Shown: positions 18,396 through 29,076 of the stretch, piece by piece
How the letters are laid out: each line of letters begins with the position of its first letter
How positions within the stretch are numbered: the first letter of the stretch is position 1
NCBI GenBank assembly: GCA_963742415.1
Contig: CAVULX010000004.1
Span: 1-64,000 of the forward strand
Source: an uncultured Parachlamydiaceae bacterium
Lineage (GTDB): Bacteria; Chlamydiota; Chlamydiia; Chlamydiales; Parachlamydiaceae
Reading direction: 5' to 3'
Length of the DNA: 64,000 bases
Position numbers and translations under genes: made by a program
Notes under the pieces: model-generated
What the model saw: only the letters and a program-made list of their open reading frames with translations
Databases searched by the model: none
Told to the model about the DNA's origin: nothing

Positions 18396-21131
18396 TTATT
18401 CTTCTGTTTGCTTGGAGCGGACTTCGAATTCACTGAGGTAGAAGTCAAATTCATCAGGATCAGATACCCAAGCGGTTTTTAGAATATGGGCCAGGATGGA
18501 CCTATTGCTATCGGTAAAATCTTCTTTAGGCAGAACATTCTCATTAGAGAGCAAGAAGGCATTCAATTTTTCTATGACTTGCAATTTGACTTCCCCTTGG
18601 AAGGCAATGACTTGTTTTGGATCGGGCAATTTTTCTAACTGAAGCATGTGTGCGATAAGGTCGACCTGCTTCTGTAGTTCTTGTAAATTCTTAGCGGATC
18701 TGATTTTTTTGATTTGTTCTTCTATTTGACGTTTTTGGAGAGCTTTTTGGGAGAGCTGTTCTTCGTTCAAAGAGAGAATTTCTTGGACAAAGGGTTCCAG
18801 GTTAGCAGCTTTGACATATCCCATAAAGTGCTCTAAAGGAACGTTGGAATTTTCGCTATATAGTTGCAAAAGAGAGCGGGCCATGGTTTGCTTTTCTTGG
18901 TTAAGCTGCTCCTTTTGTGCCTGCATAAGTTGGCGCAACTTTTCGACAAATTCTAATGAAGACACCGTTTTCTCGTAATTTTTCGAATCTTTAGGATATG
19001 TTTTCGCTCCTTTTTGGAGAAGAACCTCTAAACGTCCCAGAAATTCGATGATATCATTTTGGTTTGTCACCTTGAATAATTCAACAAGTTCTTTCTGGTG
19101 AGGTTGTAAAGCTTTTTGATAAGCCGTTTCGATGGCGCAGAGTTGGGCGAAAAGAGGGTCGGAATGCCCTAAATCTGATTTCCCTTTATCGGCTTGGGCA
19201 GGAGTTCCTGAATCTTGAAGATTTTGTTGAATCGAGCTGTGTTGAGAATAAGGAAAGGATGCTGCCGGGGAAGTGGCTGGGGTTTCATTTTTTCCCGAGA
19301 GGGCCGGGGCGGCAGCTTCAGCGATCTCATTGACCTCGGGGCTATCGATCAGAAGCTGGCTGTTAGAAATCAATCCTTTTGAATTGAATTTCAAATAAGC
19401 GATCAAAAACTTGTTTTGTGGGAAGTATACATTGAAAGCTTTTTGCGCTTGGGAGGCCCATTGAATGCCCAGGGATGAATATAAAACAATATTGGGAAAT
19501 TTCGACAAGGCTTTCGTTTCGTGTTGAAATACTTCGAGATCATGGCTGCTGGTTTGATTGTCGGTAAGGGCAAGAGCATTTTTGAGAAATTTTTCCCCGA
19601 ATTGATAATATCGAGGGGCGTTATAAATCAAGTTTTCAGCTCCCGGGCGAATCATGGCCAGGTATTTAGGGGGCAAAAATCCCTGCTTTTCCATTTCTGC
19701 AGCAACAGTTGAAAGGGAAATGAGCTCGCCATGATTAACGAGTTGGTTGATTTCAGCTACATGAAAACCATCTAAGCTTCCTGGGCTCAGCAAAAGACGG
19801 TTAAGGGCTTTTAGATCGTTTATTCTTCTCATTTCCATGTTTGTTGAGTTGAGGATGATGGAAGCTTTGGGAATAAGCCAATGCATCAAGCTTGGGGTGG
19901 GCTGAGCAATGACGACATATTGGGATAGATCGGCGCTTGTGTAGATACGGATCATATAAGAGTTAGAAGTGAATTGCCCATGGGTGTCGAGGCTTTCTAC
20001 TGGAAGGTATGGAGAAGCTAAGACTGAGAGCAAGTGATTTTTTATGAACTCCGGGTCGGACCAATTTTGGTTAGGCGGGGCGCTATGGCTCATTTGAGCA
20101 TGGGTTAAAGCCATGGCGACATCGGCGACGCCCGCTGCGGCTTTCAGTTCTTCTTCCGTATTTTTTCCGCTCATCCCATGATAAAGAAGGGCAAAAGCGA
20201 GGGCTAGAATAGCGACGATGCCCAAGCTGATGATGCCAATGAGTTTCCAGTTCCAGGAATTTTTTTCTTTTGAATCTTCCCTCTTTTGTTTGATCCCCTT
20301 ACCTTCGTTGTCGTCATCGAGTTCGCTCAAATAATAATCTTTTAAGGAATTTTTTTCCCTTCTGAAATTCGCTGTGGATGGGCTTGAATCTTTTTCAATA
20401 GTGGACTCTGGGGAAGCCATCAAAGGCAATGGGGACGAGAAAGAATTTGCGCTCTCGTGGCTATAATGTCCGGGGTCTTTATAAGAAGGGGTTGTTTTAA
20501 GAGATGGCAGTGGTTCTGCAAATGGCAAAAGGGGGTCCCCTATTTTTTCTGTATCCAGCCCCTCGACTTGTTGCAGGAGCTCTTCGAGATCGAATTCCGA
20601 GAGGTCCTCTTTTTCTCCTATTTCTTCCAATTTTTCTAGTTCGGCTTCAAAGTCAAAATCTTCGAAATTCTCAGCCGCCTCTTTTTTAAGGATTTTTTCA
20701 GCGATAGCACCTCTTTGCGGGTGTCGTAACTCGGCTGCTTTAGCTATTAGAGCCTTATCAAGAATGGCGTTTAACTGCTCACCTGAAGAAGGTAATAGAG
20801 AGGGTTCAGCTTCAGTTGATTGTGCCGCCTTTTTGTTTTCTAAAGGGGCAGCTGGGGCCATTTCAAAAAGAACTTTTGTCTTTCCCACCACGATAAGGTC
20901 TTTGTTGTGCAGGGTCTTTTTTCCAAAAGGCTGTCCATTTAAAGTCACGAATGGATCGTTAGCGTGGTTGATGACGACAAACCTGTTATTTTGTTCTAAA
21001 AGTTTTAGATGAACTTCTTGGAGGTTTTCTTCAGGTAAATCGAGATCCCCGCCGGCCCCGATTGTAATTGGAAATGCATCAAAATTGTAAATTAAAGGCT
21101 GTGTGTCGGGATGGACTGTAAGTTTAATCAT
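18396..21131 (-). CDS. Large single-TM protein with N-terminal FHA-like domain
   Basis: PITIG...VHLKL...VINHANDPFVTLNGQP...DLIVVGKTKVLF, acidic linker, TM (LIGIISLGIVAILALAFALL), helical C-terminus. Confidence 0.75.
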   Translation of the reverse strand: MIKLTVHPDTQPLIYNFDAFPITIGAGGDLDLPEENLQEVHLKLLEQNNRFVVINHANDPFVTLNGQPFGKKTLHNKDLIVVGKTKVLFEMAPAAPLENKKAAQSTEAEPSLLPSSGEQLNAILDKALIAKAAELRHPQRGAIAEKILKKEAAENFEDFDFEAELEKLEEIGEKEDLSEFDLEELLQQVEGLDTEKIGDPLLPFAEPLPSLKTTPSYKDPGHYSHESANSFSSPLPLMASPESTIEKDSSPSTANFRREKNSLKDYYLSELDDDNEGKGIKQKREDSKEKNSWNWKLIGIISLGIVAILALAFALLYHGMSGKNTEEELKAAAGVADVAMALTHAQMSHSAPPNQNWSDPEFIKNHLLSVLASPYLPVESLDTHGQFTSNSYMIRIYTSADLSQYVVIAQPTPSLMHWLIPKASIILNSTNMEMRRINDLKALNRLLLSPGSLDGFHVAEINQLVNHGELISLSTVAAEMEKQGFLPPKYLAMIRPGAENLIYNAPRYYQFGEKFLKNALALTDNQTSSHDLEVFQHETKALSKFPNIVLYSSLGIQWASQAQKAFNVYFPQNKFLIAYLKFNSKGLISNSQLLIDSPEVNEIAEAAAPALSGKNETPATSPAASFPYSQHSSIQQNLQDSGTPAQADKGKSDLGHSDPLFAQLCAIETAYQKALQPHQKELVELFKVTNQNDIIEFLGRLEVLLQKGAKTYPKDSKNYEKTVSSLEFVEKLRQLMQAQKEQLNQEKQTMARSLLQLYSENSNVPLEHFMGYVKAANLEPFVQEILSLNEEQLSQKALQKRQIEEQIKKIRSAKNLQELQKQVDLIAHMLQLEKLPDPKQVIAFQGEVKLQVIEKLNAFLLSNENVLPKEDFTDSNRSILAHILKTAWVSDPDEFDFYLSEFEVRSKQTEE

Positions 21132-21314
21132 GGTAATACGACCAAAGATTTTTGCTTTTTGATTTTCTAGCATATTAGTTATCAGGCGTCAATATCAAAA
21201 AACGGGAACGTCTATTTTCTTTTTCCTAAAGATTTTCCTCTTCTTCTTTTTCCTAATTTCAGGCATACTTATATCTTTGAGTTCGCAAATTGTCTTTGTA
21301 AAAGGGGACTTAAT

Positions 21315-22685
21315 GTGAGTTTTTTTCTTGATGTTTTTAAACCAGCTCCTCACCAACCGGAAATTGAAGATCAGGAGGAGGTTAAACAAAAATACCGCTA
21401 TTGGCGCATCCGCATTCTTTATTCCACGTTTATTGGTTATGCTTTTTTCTACTTCACAAGAAAGAGTTTTAATTTTGCTTTGCCGGGATTAATGGCAGAT
21501 CTCCATTTCGATAAAAGCTACTTGGGTCTCCTCGGAAGTATCCTATCACTGAGTTATGCTTTGAGTAAATTCACGAGCGGCCTGTTGTCCGATAAGTCGA
21601 ATCCCCGTTATTTCATGGCCTTTGGTTTGATGATGACTGGAGTGTTCAATATTTGCTTTGGTTTGTCATCCTCTTTCTTCTTTTTTGCTTTATTTTGGGG
21701 ATTGAACGGCTGGTTCCAAGGATTTGGTTGGCCCCCTAGTGCAAAATTTTTGACCCATTGGTACTCCCAATCGGAAAGGGGCTCTTGGTGGTCCAGCTGG
21801 AATGTTTCCCACAATGTCGGCGCTGCCACGATTCCTTGGATTTCATGGTTTTGTTTGTCCTATTTTAATTGGCGCTATGCCATGTATGTTCCTGGGGTTT
21901 TGTGCATCGGCTGCAGCTTTTTTCTGCTCAATCGGCTGCGCGATACCCCTCAATCGATTGGACTTCCCCCCATCGAAAAATTTCGGAATGACTATACAGG
22001 CGTTTCTAAGAGAAGTCAAGAGGGTGCAAAACCGCTTTCGACTAAAACGATCTTTATCGATTATGTCTTGTTTAACAAATTTATATGGATATTGGCAGCC
22101 GCCTATTTTTTTGTGTATGTTGTCAGGACCGGGATTGATTGGATGATGCCGCTGTTTTTCTTAGAGGTCAAAGGATATACCACCTTAGAGTATAGTTGGC
22201 TCATGTTTATATTTGAGATAGGAGGGCTGTGCGGCAGCTTGACTGCAGGCTGGTCGTCCGATCATTTGTTCAACGCCAGAAGGGGCCCTGTAAATGTCCT
22301 ATTTTCTTTGGGGATGCTTTTTTCCATCTGTTCGTTTTGGTTTATTCCTGATCCCCACTGGTATCTTGATACTATCACGATGTTCTGTATCGGTTTTTCA
22401 ATTTTTGGGCCGCAGATGTTGATCGGCATGACGGCAGCGGAATTATCCCACAAGAAAGCTGCGGCCACATCCACAGGTTTTGTGGGATGTTTTGCCTATA
22501 TTGGTTCGGCTATCGCCGGCTATCCTTTGGGTAAAATTACGCAAGAAATTGGATGGAGTGGTTATTTTATTACCTTGACGACTTGTGCGGGGTTTGCTGC
22601 CCTGAGTCTGCTTCCCCTTTGGAATGTAAAAGAAAACACTCAAAATATCGAACCTGAACTGAAACCGGAGTTGGCAAAAGGTTAG
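21315..22685 (+). CDS. uhpC: Hexose-phosphate transporter (MFS, OPA family)
   Basis: YFTRKSF, SKFTSGLLSDKSNPRYFM, NGWFQGFGWPP, ERGSWWSSWNVSHNVG; chlamydial position upstream of dnaE. Confidence 0.93.
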   Translation: MSFFLDVFKPAPHQPEIEDQEEVKQKYRYWRIRILYSTFIGYAFFYFTRKSFNFALPGLMADLHFDKSYLGLLGSILSLSYALSKFTSGLLSDKSNPRYFMAFGLMMTGVFNICFGLSSSFFFFALFWGLNGWFQGFGWPPSAKFLTHWYSQSERGSWWSSWNVSHNVGAATIPWISWFCLSYFNWRYAMYVPGVLCIGCSFFLLNRLRDTPQSIGLPPIEKFRNDYTGVSKRSQEGAKPLSTKTIFIDYVLFNKFIWILAAAYFFVYVVRTGIDWMMPLFFLEVKGYTTLEYSWLMFIFEIGGLCGSLTAGWSSDHLFNARRGPVNVLFSLGMLFSICSFWFIPDPHWYLDTITMFCIGFSIFGPQMLIGMTAAELSHKKAAATSTGFVGCFAYIGSAIAGYPLGKITQEIGWSGYFITLTTCAGFAALSLLPLWNVKENTQNIEPELKPELAKG

Positions 22686-22756
22686 TCATTAGAGCCCCTC
22701 TAAAGCGCGTCAAAGTCCCGGGATTAAGTGATGATCTAATGGTAAGGATTTAATTT

Positions 22757-25700
22757 ATGTCTTGGGTTCCTTTACATTGCCACTCACAATATTCTATTTT
22801 AGATGCGGCGGCTTCCATTCATGCTATCGCAGAAAAAGCGGCGGAGCATGGAATGCCTGCATGCGCCTTGACCGATCACGGCAATCTTTTTGGAGCGATC
22901 GAATTTTATAAAGCCTGCAAAGATATTAAAATAAAGCCCATCATTGGTTGCGAAGTTTATGTTGCGCCTGGTTCTAGGCATGAAAAGAAAAAAGAGGCGG
23001 GAAACCGCACAAGTTTTCATTTAACCCTTTTGGCTAAAAATATCCAGGGTTACCACAACCTATGCAAACTGTCATCCATCGGATACCTCGAAGGGTTTTA
23101 TTATAACCCGCGCATTGATAATGAAACGCTGGAAAAATATGCGGAAGGACTTATATGTCTTTCGGGATGCCTCAGCAGCAGAGTTGCTTTCTTGGCTCTC
23201 AAAGGTCCTCATGAACAGTTGCTTGAGACGATTCAATGGCATCGTCATTTATTTGGAGAAGATTTTTACATCGAATTAATGCGTCATCAAATGTCTGAGC
23301 CCCATTTACAAGCGGATGGGATGTATGAGGAATCTTGGCTGATTCAGCAGTATAATGACTTTGTCGCCAAACAAGAAAAAGTTAACCAGACGATGATCGG
23401 CATCGCTCAATCCATGGGAATTCAGGTTGTGGCTACAAATGACAGCCATTACATCGAAAGGGAGGATTGGCGGGCCCATGAAATTTTATTAAATGTTCAG
23501 TCGGGGGAACCTTGTGAAATTGTGGAGAAGGACTCTTTGGGGAATGTGAAGAGCCGCCGCCCTAACCCCAAGCGGCTGACCTATGCCTCCCACGAGTGCT
23601 ATTTTAAGTCCCCTTCCCAAATGCAGGAGCTTTTTAAAGATATTCCAGAGGCAATTAGCAACACATTGCTCGTCGCTGAAAAATGCCATCTTGCTTTGGA
23701 TTTCAACACGAAACATTATCCCGTGTATATTCCCCCTTCGTTGCAAAATAAAGATTATGCCAAAGAAGAGCGGGTCAAAGCTGTAGAGCAATATTTATGG
23801 ACCCTTTGCGAAGAGGGGATTCCTCAACGGTATACTTCTGAGAAGTTGGCTAAAATTAAAGAAATTTTTCCGGACAAGGATCCTTTACAAGTGGTTCGTG
23901 AAAGGCTCAACTATGAGATGGATGTGATTGTCCCCAAAGGGATGAGCGACTATTTGCTCATCGTATGGGATTTCATCAACTGGGCCAAAAAAAATGGGAT
24001 TCCTATGGGCCCTGGACGAGGTTCTGGGGCGGGTTCCATCGTCCTCTACCTTATCGGTGTGACCGATATCGAACCGCTCCGTTTCCATCTTTTCTTCGAG
24101 CGGTTCATCAATCCTGAACGGATTTCCTATCCCGATATCGACGTCGATATCTGCATGGACCGGCGCGGCGACGTGATCCGTTACACCTTGGACAAATATG
24201 GCAAGGAGAACATTGCCCAGATTATTACATTTGGCACGATGAAAGCCAATATGGCGATTAAAGATGTGGGGCGGGTGTTAAGTGTTCCTCTGTCCAAAGT
24301 GAATGAAATCGCCAAATTAGTTCCGGAAGATCTCAATATTACCTTAGAAAAGGCTCTCGAAAAAGATCCCGACTTGCGCGCCTGTTATATGCTTGATGAA
24401 GATGCGCGCCGCATCATCGATCTGGGCAAAAAGTTGGAAGGCTCGATCCGCAACACAGGAATTCATGCCGCAGGGATTATCATTAGCGGAGAGCCTTTGA
24501 TCGAATTGATCCCGGTCTGCAATTCGAAAGATTCAGATATGCCTGTCACCCAATATTCGATGAAGCCTGTCGAAGTGGTCGGGATGCTGAAGGTCGACTT
24601 TTTGGGATTAAAAACCTTGACTGCCATCCAAAAATGTGTCGAGGCTGTGGAAGCTTCTACAGGAAAACGGATCGATTGGGTCAATCTCCCTTTTGATGAT
24701 AACCCGACGTTTGATTTACTGAATCAAGGGAAGACGATGGGGGTCTTCCAGCTAGAATCTCCGGGCATGCAAGATTTAGCCAAGCATCTCCATTTGGACA
24801 AATTTGAGGAGATCATTGCTGTGGGCGCTCTCTATCGTCCAGGTCCGATGGATATGATCCCTTCCTTCATCAACCGGAAGCATGGACGGGAACCTATCGA
24901 GTATGATCACCCCTGGATGAAAGAGATCCTTGCAGAAACCTATGGGATCATGGTCTATCAGGAGCAGGTGATGCAGATTGCCAGCAAACTCGCAAGATAC
25001 TCTTTGGGGGAAGGGGATGTACTGCGACGGGCGATGGGGAAAAAAGATGCCGACCAAATGGCCAAGCAGCGGGAGAAATTCCGGTTGGGGGCTTTGCAAA
25101 ATGGGATCGATGAAAAAACATCCATGCTAATTTTTGATAAAATGGAAAAGTTTGCGGCTTATGGGTTCAATAAATCGCATGCGGCAGCCTATGGCTATCT
25201 TTCTTATGTGACCGCTTTCTTCAAAGCCAATTATCCTAAAGAGTGGATGGCGGCATTGATGACCTGTGATAGGGATGATCTCACCAAGGTCGCCAAATTT
25301 ATACGGGAAAGCCATGCGATGGAAATTGCTATCCTTTCTCCCGATGTCAATGAAGCAAGCGACGTTTTTGTGGCTACGCCTCAAGGGATTCGCTTTGCCA
25401 TGTCAGGGATTAAGGGGGTAGGTTCCGGAGTTGTCGAAGCGGTTTTGCACGAGCGAAAAAAAGGGGGGGCGTTTAAGAGTTTATACGATTTTCTTAAGAG
25501 GGTAGACACGAAAAAAGTTGGGAAAAAAATTGTTGAAAGCTTAGTTGATGCCGGAAGCTTCGATTTTACCGGCTGGTCTCGAGATGCATTGCGGGAGAGT
25601 GTCGAACCGATTTATGAGACGGCCTCCAGAGAGCAGGCGGAACATGCCAAAGGGTTCATGTCCCTTTTTGCAAAGATAGAAAATACGTCTGAAGGGCGCT

Positions 25701-26491
25701 TTTCTAAGCCGCCTCAAGTAAAAAATGGGCGGCCGAAGCTGGAAATTCTTTTGAAAGAAAAAGAGCTCTTAGGATTTTTTTTAACAGGCCATCCTTTGGA
25801 TTCTTATGGCAAAATTTTAAAGCGCCTTTCTTGTGTGTCTTTAAGTTATGTGGAACAGGCAGATCACGACGCCCTTTTCCGTTCCGCTTTTATCGTGGAA
25901 TCGATACAAGTCAAGATATCGAATAAAACGCAGAAAAAATTTGCCGTTTTAATGATCAATGATGGGATGGAAAGTTATGAGCTTCCTGTATGGGCTGAGC
26001 TGTATGAAGAAAAGCATGCCCTTCTCAAAGAAAATCAACTCCTCTATGCTGTATTGCAAGTCGATAAACGGGATGAAAACCCTAAGCTTTCTTGCCGGTG
26101 GGTGGATGATCTTTCTCGTGTTGACGATGCCATGGCAGAAGATTGTGATCGCGCTTTCGATAAAGCTAAAATGCAAATAGCAAGATTTAATAAGGCAGCC
26201 AAGATGAAAAAGGAACCTGCAAAAGTAGAGCCTATCAAGGAAGATAAGAAAACTCCCAAAAATATTCATCTCAAATTTAATTTAGAAGTGGGAAAGTTAA
26301 GCCACATCCTTGAATTGAAAAAGCTTTTTGAAGAGCACCGAGGGGATGTTCCTCTTCAAATTGAATTTTTAGCCGGAGAACAGTTTCTCGCTGCATTGCA
26401 GATTGAAAGCAGATGGGGTGTGAAGCCTTCACCTCAACTCCAGCAAGCTTTGCAAGGGATTGCTTGCATTAGCAGCATCGGTGATAGTTAA
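22757..26491 (+). CDS. dnaE: DNA polymerase III alpha subunit
   Basis: PHP domain (LHCHSQYSILD, TDHGN), GPGRGSGAGS, PDIDVD, KVDFLGL, YGFNKSHAAAY. Confidence 0.98.
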   Translation: MSWVPLHCHSQYSILDAAASIHAIAEKAAEHGMPACALTDHGNLFGAIEFYKACKDIKIKPIIGCEVYVAPGSRHEKKKEAGNRTSFHLTLLAKNIQGYHNLCKLSSIGYLEGFYYNPRIDNETLEKYAEGLICLSGCLSSRVAFLALKGPHEQLLETIQWHRHLFGEDFYIELMRHQMSEPHLQADGMYEESWLIQQYNDFVAKQEKVNQTMIGIAQSMGIQVVATNDSHYIEREDWRAHEILLNVQSGEPCEIVEKDSLGNVKSRRPNPKRLTYASHECYFKSPSQMQELFKDIPEAISNTLLVAEKCHLALDFNTKHYPVYIPPSLQNKDYAKEERVKAVEQYLWTLCEEGIPQRYTSEKLAKIKEIFPDKDPLQVVRERLNYEMDVIVPKGMSDYLLIVWDFINWAKKNGIPMGPGRGSGAGSIVLYLIGVTDIEPLRFHLFFERFINPERISYPDIDVDICMDRRGDVIRYTLDKYGKENIAQIITFGTMKANMAIKDVGRVLSVPLSKVNEIAKLVPEDLNITLEKALEKDPDLRACYMLDEDARRIIDLGKKLEGSIRNTGIHAAGIIISGEPLIELIPVCNSKDSDMPVTQYSMKPVEVVGMLKVDFLGLKTLTAIQKCVEAVEASTGKRIDWVNLPFDDNPTFDLLNQGKTMGVFQLESPGMQDLAKHLHLDKFEEIIAVGALYRPGPMDMIPSFINRKHGREPIEYDHPWMKEILAETYGIMVYQEQVMQIASKLARYSLGEGDVLRRAMGKKDADQMAKQREKFRLGALQNGIDEKTSMLIFDKMEKFAAYGFNKSHAAAYGYLSYVTAFFKANYPKEWMAALMTCDRDDLTKVAKFIRESHAMEIAILSPDVNEASDVFVATPQGIRFAMSGIKGVGSGVVEAVLHERKKGGAFKSLYDFLKRVDTKKVGKKIVESLVDAGSFDFTGWSRDALRESVEPIYETASREQAEHAKGFMSLFAKIENTSEGRFSKPPQVKNGRPKLEILLKEKELLGFFLTGHPLDSYGKILKRLSCVSLSYVEQADHDALFRSAFIVESIQVKISNKTQKKFAVLMINDGMESYELPVWAELYEEKHALLKENQLLYAVLQVDKRDENPKLSCRWVDDLSRVDDAMAEDCDRAFDKAKMQIARFNKAAKMKKEPAKVEPIKEDKKTPKNIHLKFNLEVGKLSHILELKKLFEEHRGDVPLQIEFLAGEQFLAALQIESRWGVKPSPQLQQALQGIACISSIGDS

Positions 26492-27190
26492 ATGTGGAAG
26501 AAACGAAGCCTTGAACCAGAGATTCTGGATCTGGATTCCTCTCATTATACCATAGAGGAATACAATGATTGTCTGCATAAATTAGGATACATTGGCAAGT
26601 GGTTAGGGGATCAAGCGACGCTAGATGCTTTATTGCGGCTGCCGCAAAAGCCGAACTCCATTTTGGATGTGGGGTGCGGAGGGGGATTTCTGGCTATGAA
26701 ATTAGCGGAGTTATTTCCTGAGGCTCAAATTGTAGGGATCGATATCAATCCTTTGGCGATCGACTTCGCCGAAAAAAGAAAGAGGTCTTTAGAAGACCCT
26801 CCGGCCAATCTCTCCTTTAAGCTTATTAACGAGCCTGAGTTGAATCAGCCAGACAATAGCTACGATGTTGTGACTGCCAATTTGGTTTGCCATCACATGG
26901 ATGATAAGGGTCTTGTAGAGTTTTTGATGGCGGCCAAAAAAATTGCACGCCAAAAGGTGTTCATTAACGATTTGCAGAGAAATCCTGCAGCCTATGCTAT
27001 TTTTAAAATGATCTCCCCCCTATTTTTTCGCAACAGGCTGATCCATCATGATGGCCTTTTATCGATCCGGAAATCTTTTAGGAAGAAAGACTGGATCCAG
27101 TATATGCAGCAAGCGGGAGTGCCTAATCAAAAGTGGCGCATTAGTAAAAAATGGGCTTTTCGTTGGCTTGTGGAGATCGATTGTTTGTAG
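26492..27190 (+). CDS. SAM-dependent methyltransferase
   Basis: RSLEPEILD, ILDVGCGGG, GIDINP, NLVCHH, NDLQR, HDGLLSIRKSF. Confidence 0.88.
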   Translation: MWKKRSLEPEILDLDSSHYTIEEYNDCLHKLGYIGKWLGDQATLDALLRLPQKPNSILDVGCGGGFLAMKLAELFPEAQIVGIDINPLAIDFAEKRKRSLEDPPANLSFKLINEPELNQPDNSYDVVTANLVCHHMDDKGLVEFLMAAKKIARQKVFINDLQRNPAAYAIFKMISPLFFRNRLIHHDGLLSIRKSFRKKDWIQYMQQAGVPNQKWRISKKWAFRWLVEIDCL

Positions 27191-27260
27191 GCTTCAGAAG
27201 TCGGACTCGGTACTGAGGATTTATACTTTTCTCTTGAAAGAATAAGACTAACTAGATGAT

Positions 27261-27297
27261 TTGTGAAAATCAGGAGTTGAAGTCCTGATTTTCACAA
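27261..27297. terminator. Perfect 15-bp hairpin between convergent genes
   Basis: TTGTGAAAATCAGGA-gttgaag-TCCTGATTTTCACAA. Confidence 0.6.
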
Positions 27298-27483
27298 TTA
27301 CCGCCATTCTTCAAAAATTACAGCGTAGTTAGTCAATGCTGAATTGACTCCTCGTCCTCTAAAAATAGAATTTATGTCCTCCTTACAGAGACACTTGCAA
27401 GATTAGGAAAAACGAACTAAATATTTATATTTTTTTATCTCAAAATATTTGAAAAATTTCTCACGCAGATCTTTCGCCGCTTC

Positions 27484-27535
27484 CGCATAGGCATCAAGCT
27501 AAGGTAAACCATTTGTACAAGGCTGAAAGCCTGGT
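27484..27535. repeat. Half copy of the 13234-13357 palindrome
   Basis: CGCATAGGCATCAAGCTAAGGTAAACCATTTGTACAAGGCTGAAAGCCTGGT nearly matches the reverse complement of ~13286-13338. Confidence 0.85.
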
Positions 27536-27614
27536 TTTGAAGTTTGAACGTTTCTCAATCAACATTTCCTTCGGGAATTTACTAAAGTAGTATTGAGATG
27601 AAAATCAATTAGAT

Positions 27615-29042
27615 TTATTTGTAATAGAGCGACTGCCCATCAAAAACAGCAAACTGAGCAAATACCCTTCTAAGAGAAAAAACAGATTGGATACGTGGAA
27701 CATCGTCCGTTTTCAGAAGCGCGAGAACGTATTTGGCTTGAAGTCTTAAAGTGATGGAGTGGCGATACCCTTTCGAAAAAGACTCCATGGAAAATTTTTG
27801 AATATCTTCATTGGATATTGTATAATAATCGCGGAGAAATTTATGTTTGAAAGGATCATATAATTCTGGAGGATCAGGCTGAGGCCTCGTTGTTCGCTCT
27901 TTAATCTCTTCAAGATCTTCTTCAGTTCTTTCCCTATTGTATTCTTCGAGCAAACAGTCGAGGATTCCACTTTCTGTTAATGGTTTTTTAAAACCATGTG
28001 CAATAAAGACTTGTTGCTTATGTTCATTCCGACCAGCATAGATCATATTCCAGGACCCTCCAAAACCTGCCGGAAGTTTGTTTGTATAGTAAAAGATCCC
28101 CTCAATACCGCATAGATCCCCAACTTCCACCAGTCTCTCATTTTCTCTACCTTCGGGTTGATGCTTGGCCTCGTCTGTAAAACGGCAAAAATCTTCAATT
28201 AAACAATTGCCCTGTTCAAGGCACTGTTGTATTCTCATGGGTTTGAATGGATTTGAGGTAAAATAAGCATCAAATTTGTCATCACCAATGATTTCTAATA
28301 GGGCCTTATAATAACAAATCACTACAGCGTTCCCACAGTCCACAATGGAAGGCCCTTTAAAAATACTCCTTATGGCTTCTGAAGCTTTTTTGCCTGGAAT
28401 TAGTTCAAAGGCAAAAGGACTCGTTTTTTTAAAGAAAGAATCATTCAAGTGTCCCTTGTTAAACTCAAAATTAACTTGAATATGGTTTGATTCAACATAG
28501 TTCTTAAAATCGGGTGGATACCAAAAACAGCCTATTCCATCTTTTTTGGTCATCACTTCTTGCATGGCTTGTACGATATGCAAAGAGATTTGGCTTTTCA
28601 TTTCTGTAATTTCATGTTCATCAAAATTTAATGAGATTGGAAATAACCGCTTGATTTCCTTGATATTATCAGGCAACTCACCCTTTACATAAGTTTCGAA
28701 GGAACGAAAATATTGCTTGATATAGCCTGGAGGGGGAACATATGGGTGAATTCTCGGCTTTGTTGTTTCAAAGCTTATCTGCCAATTTCCACCCGCTCCA
28801 CGCTCATGAATTTTGGGATAGATGCTTTTATACTTCAAAGCAAATGGGGTGGAAAATAAAGTTTTTTGAATAAATTCTTCAGAAAGTTGAGATGAATTTA
28901 GGATAACAATTTTATTTGCACTGGGTTTATAAAAACTTATCAAACCATTGGATCTTAGAGATTTGTAAATTTCATTACCTGTCTCAATACCCGATATTTT
29001 GAATGTTTTGACCGGTAACTGATAATAATTTGATAAATACAT
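27615..29042 (-). CDS. Putative Tgl-like transglutaminase/deamidase domain protein
   Basis: ASEAIRSIFKGPSIVDCGNAVVICYYKALLEIIGDDKFD...GD...WNMI...FIAHG parallels Bacillus Tgl (SKAIRDI...ECATAIVIIYY.AL...IGEDKFN...GD...ENVI...YFAHG, recalled from memory). Confidence 0.65.
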   Translation of the reverse strand: MYLSNYYQLPVKTFKISGIETGNEIYKSLRSNGLISFYKPSANKIVILNSSQLSEEFIQKTLFSTPFALKYKSIYPKIHERGAGGNWQISFETTKPRIHPYVPPPGYIKQYFRSFETYVKGELPDNIKEIKRLFPISLNFDEHEITEMKSQISLHIVQAMQEVMTKKDGIGCFWYPPDFKNYVESNHIQVNFEFNKGHLNDSFFKKTSPFAFELIPGKKASEAIRSIFKGPSIVDCGNAVVICYYKALLEIIGDDKFDAYFTSNPFKPMRIQQCLEQGNCLIEDFCRFTDEAKHQPEGRENERLVEVGDLCGIEGIFYYTNKLPAGFGGSWNMIYAGRNEHKQQVFIAHGFKKPLTESGILDCLLEEYNRERTEEDLEEIKERTTRPQPDPPELYDPFKHKFLRDYYTISNEDIQKFSMESFSKGYRHSITLRLQAKYVLALLKTDDVPRIQSVFSLRRVFAQFAVFDGQSLYYK

Positions 29043-29076
29043 ATTTTGTGTGTGTTTGTTCCAAGTGTCAAAGGAG

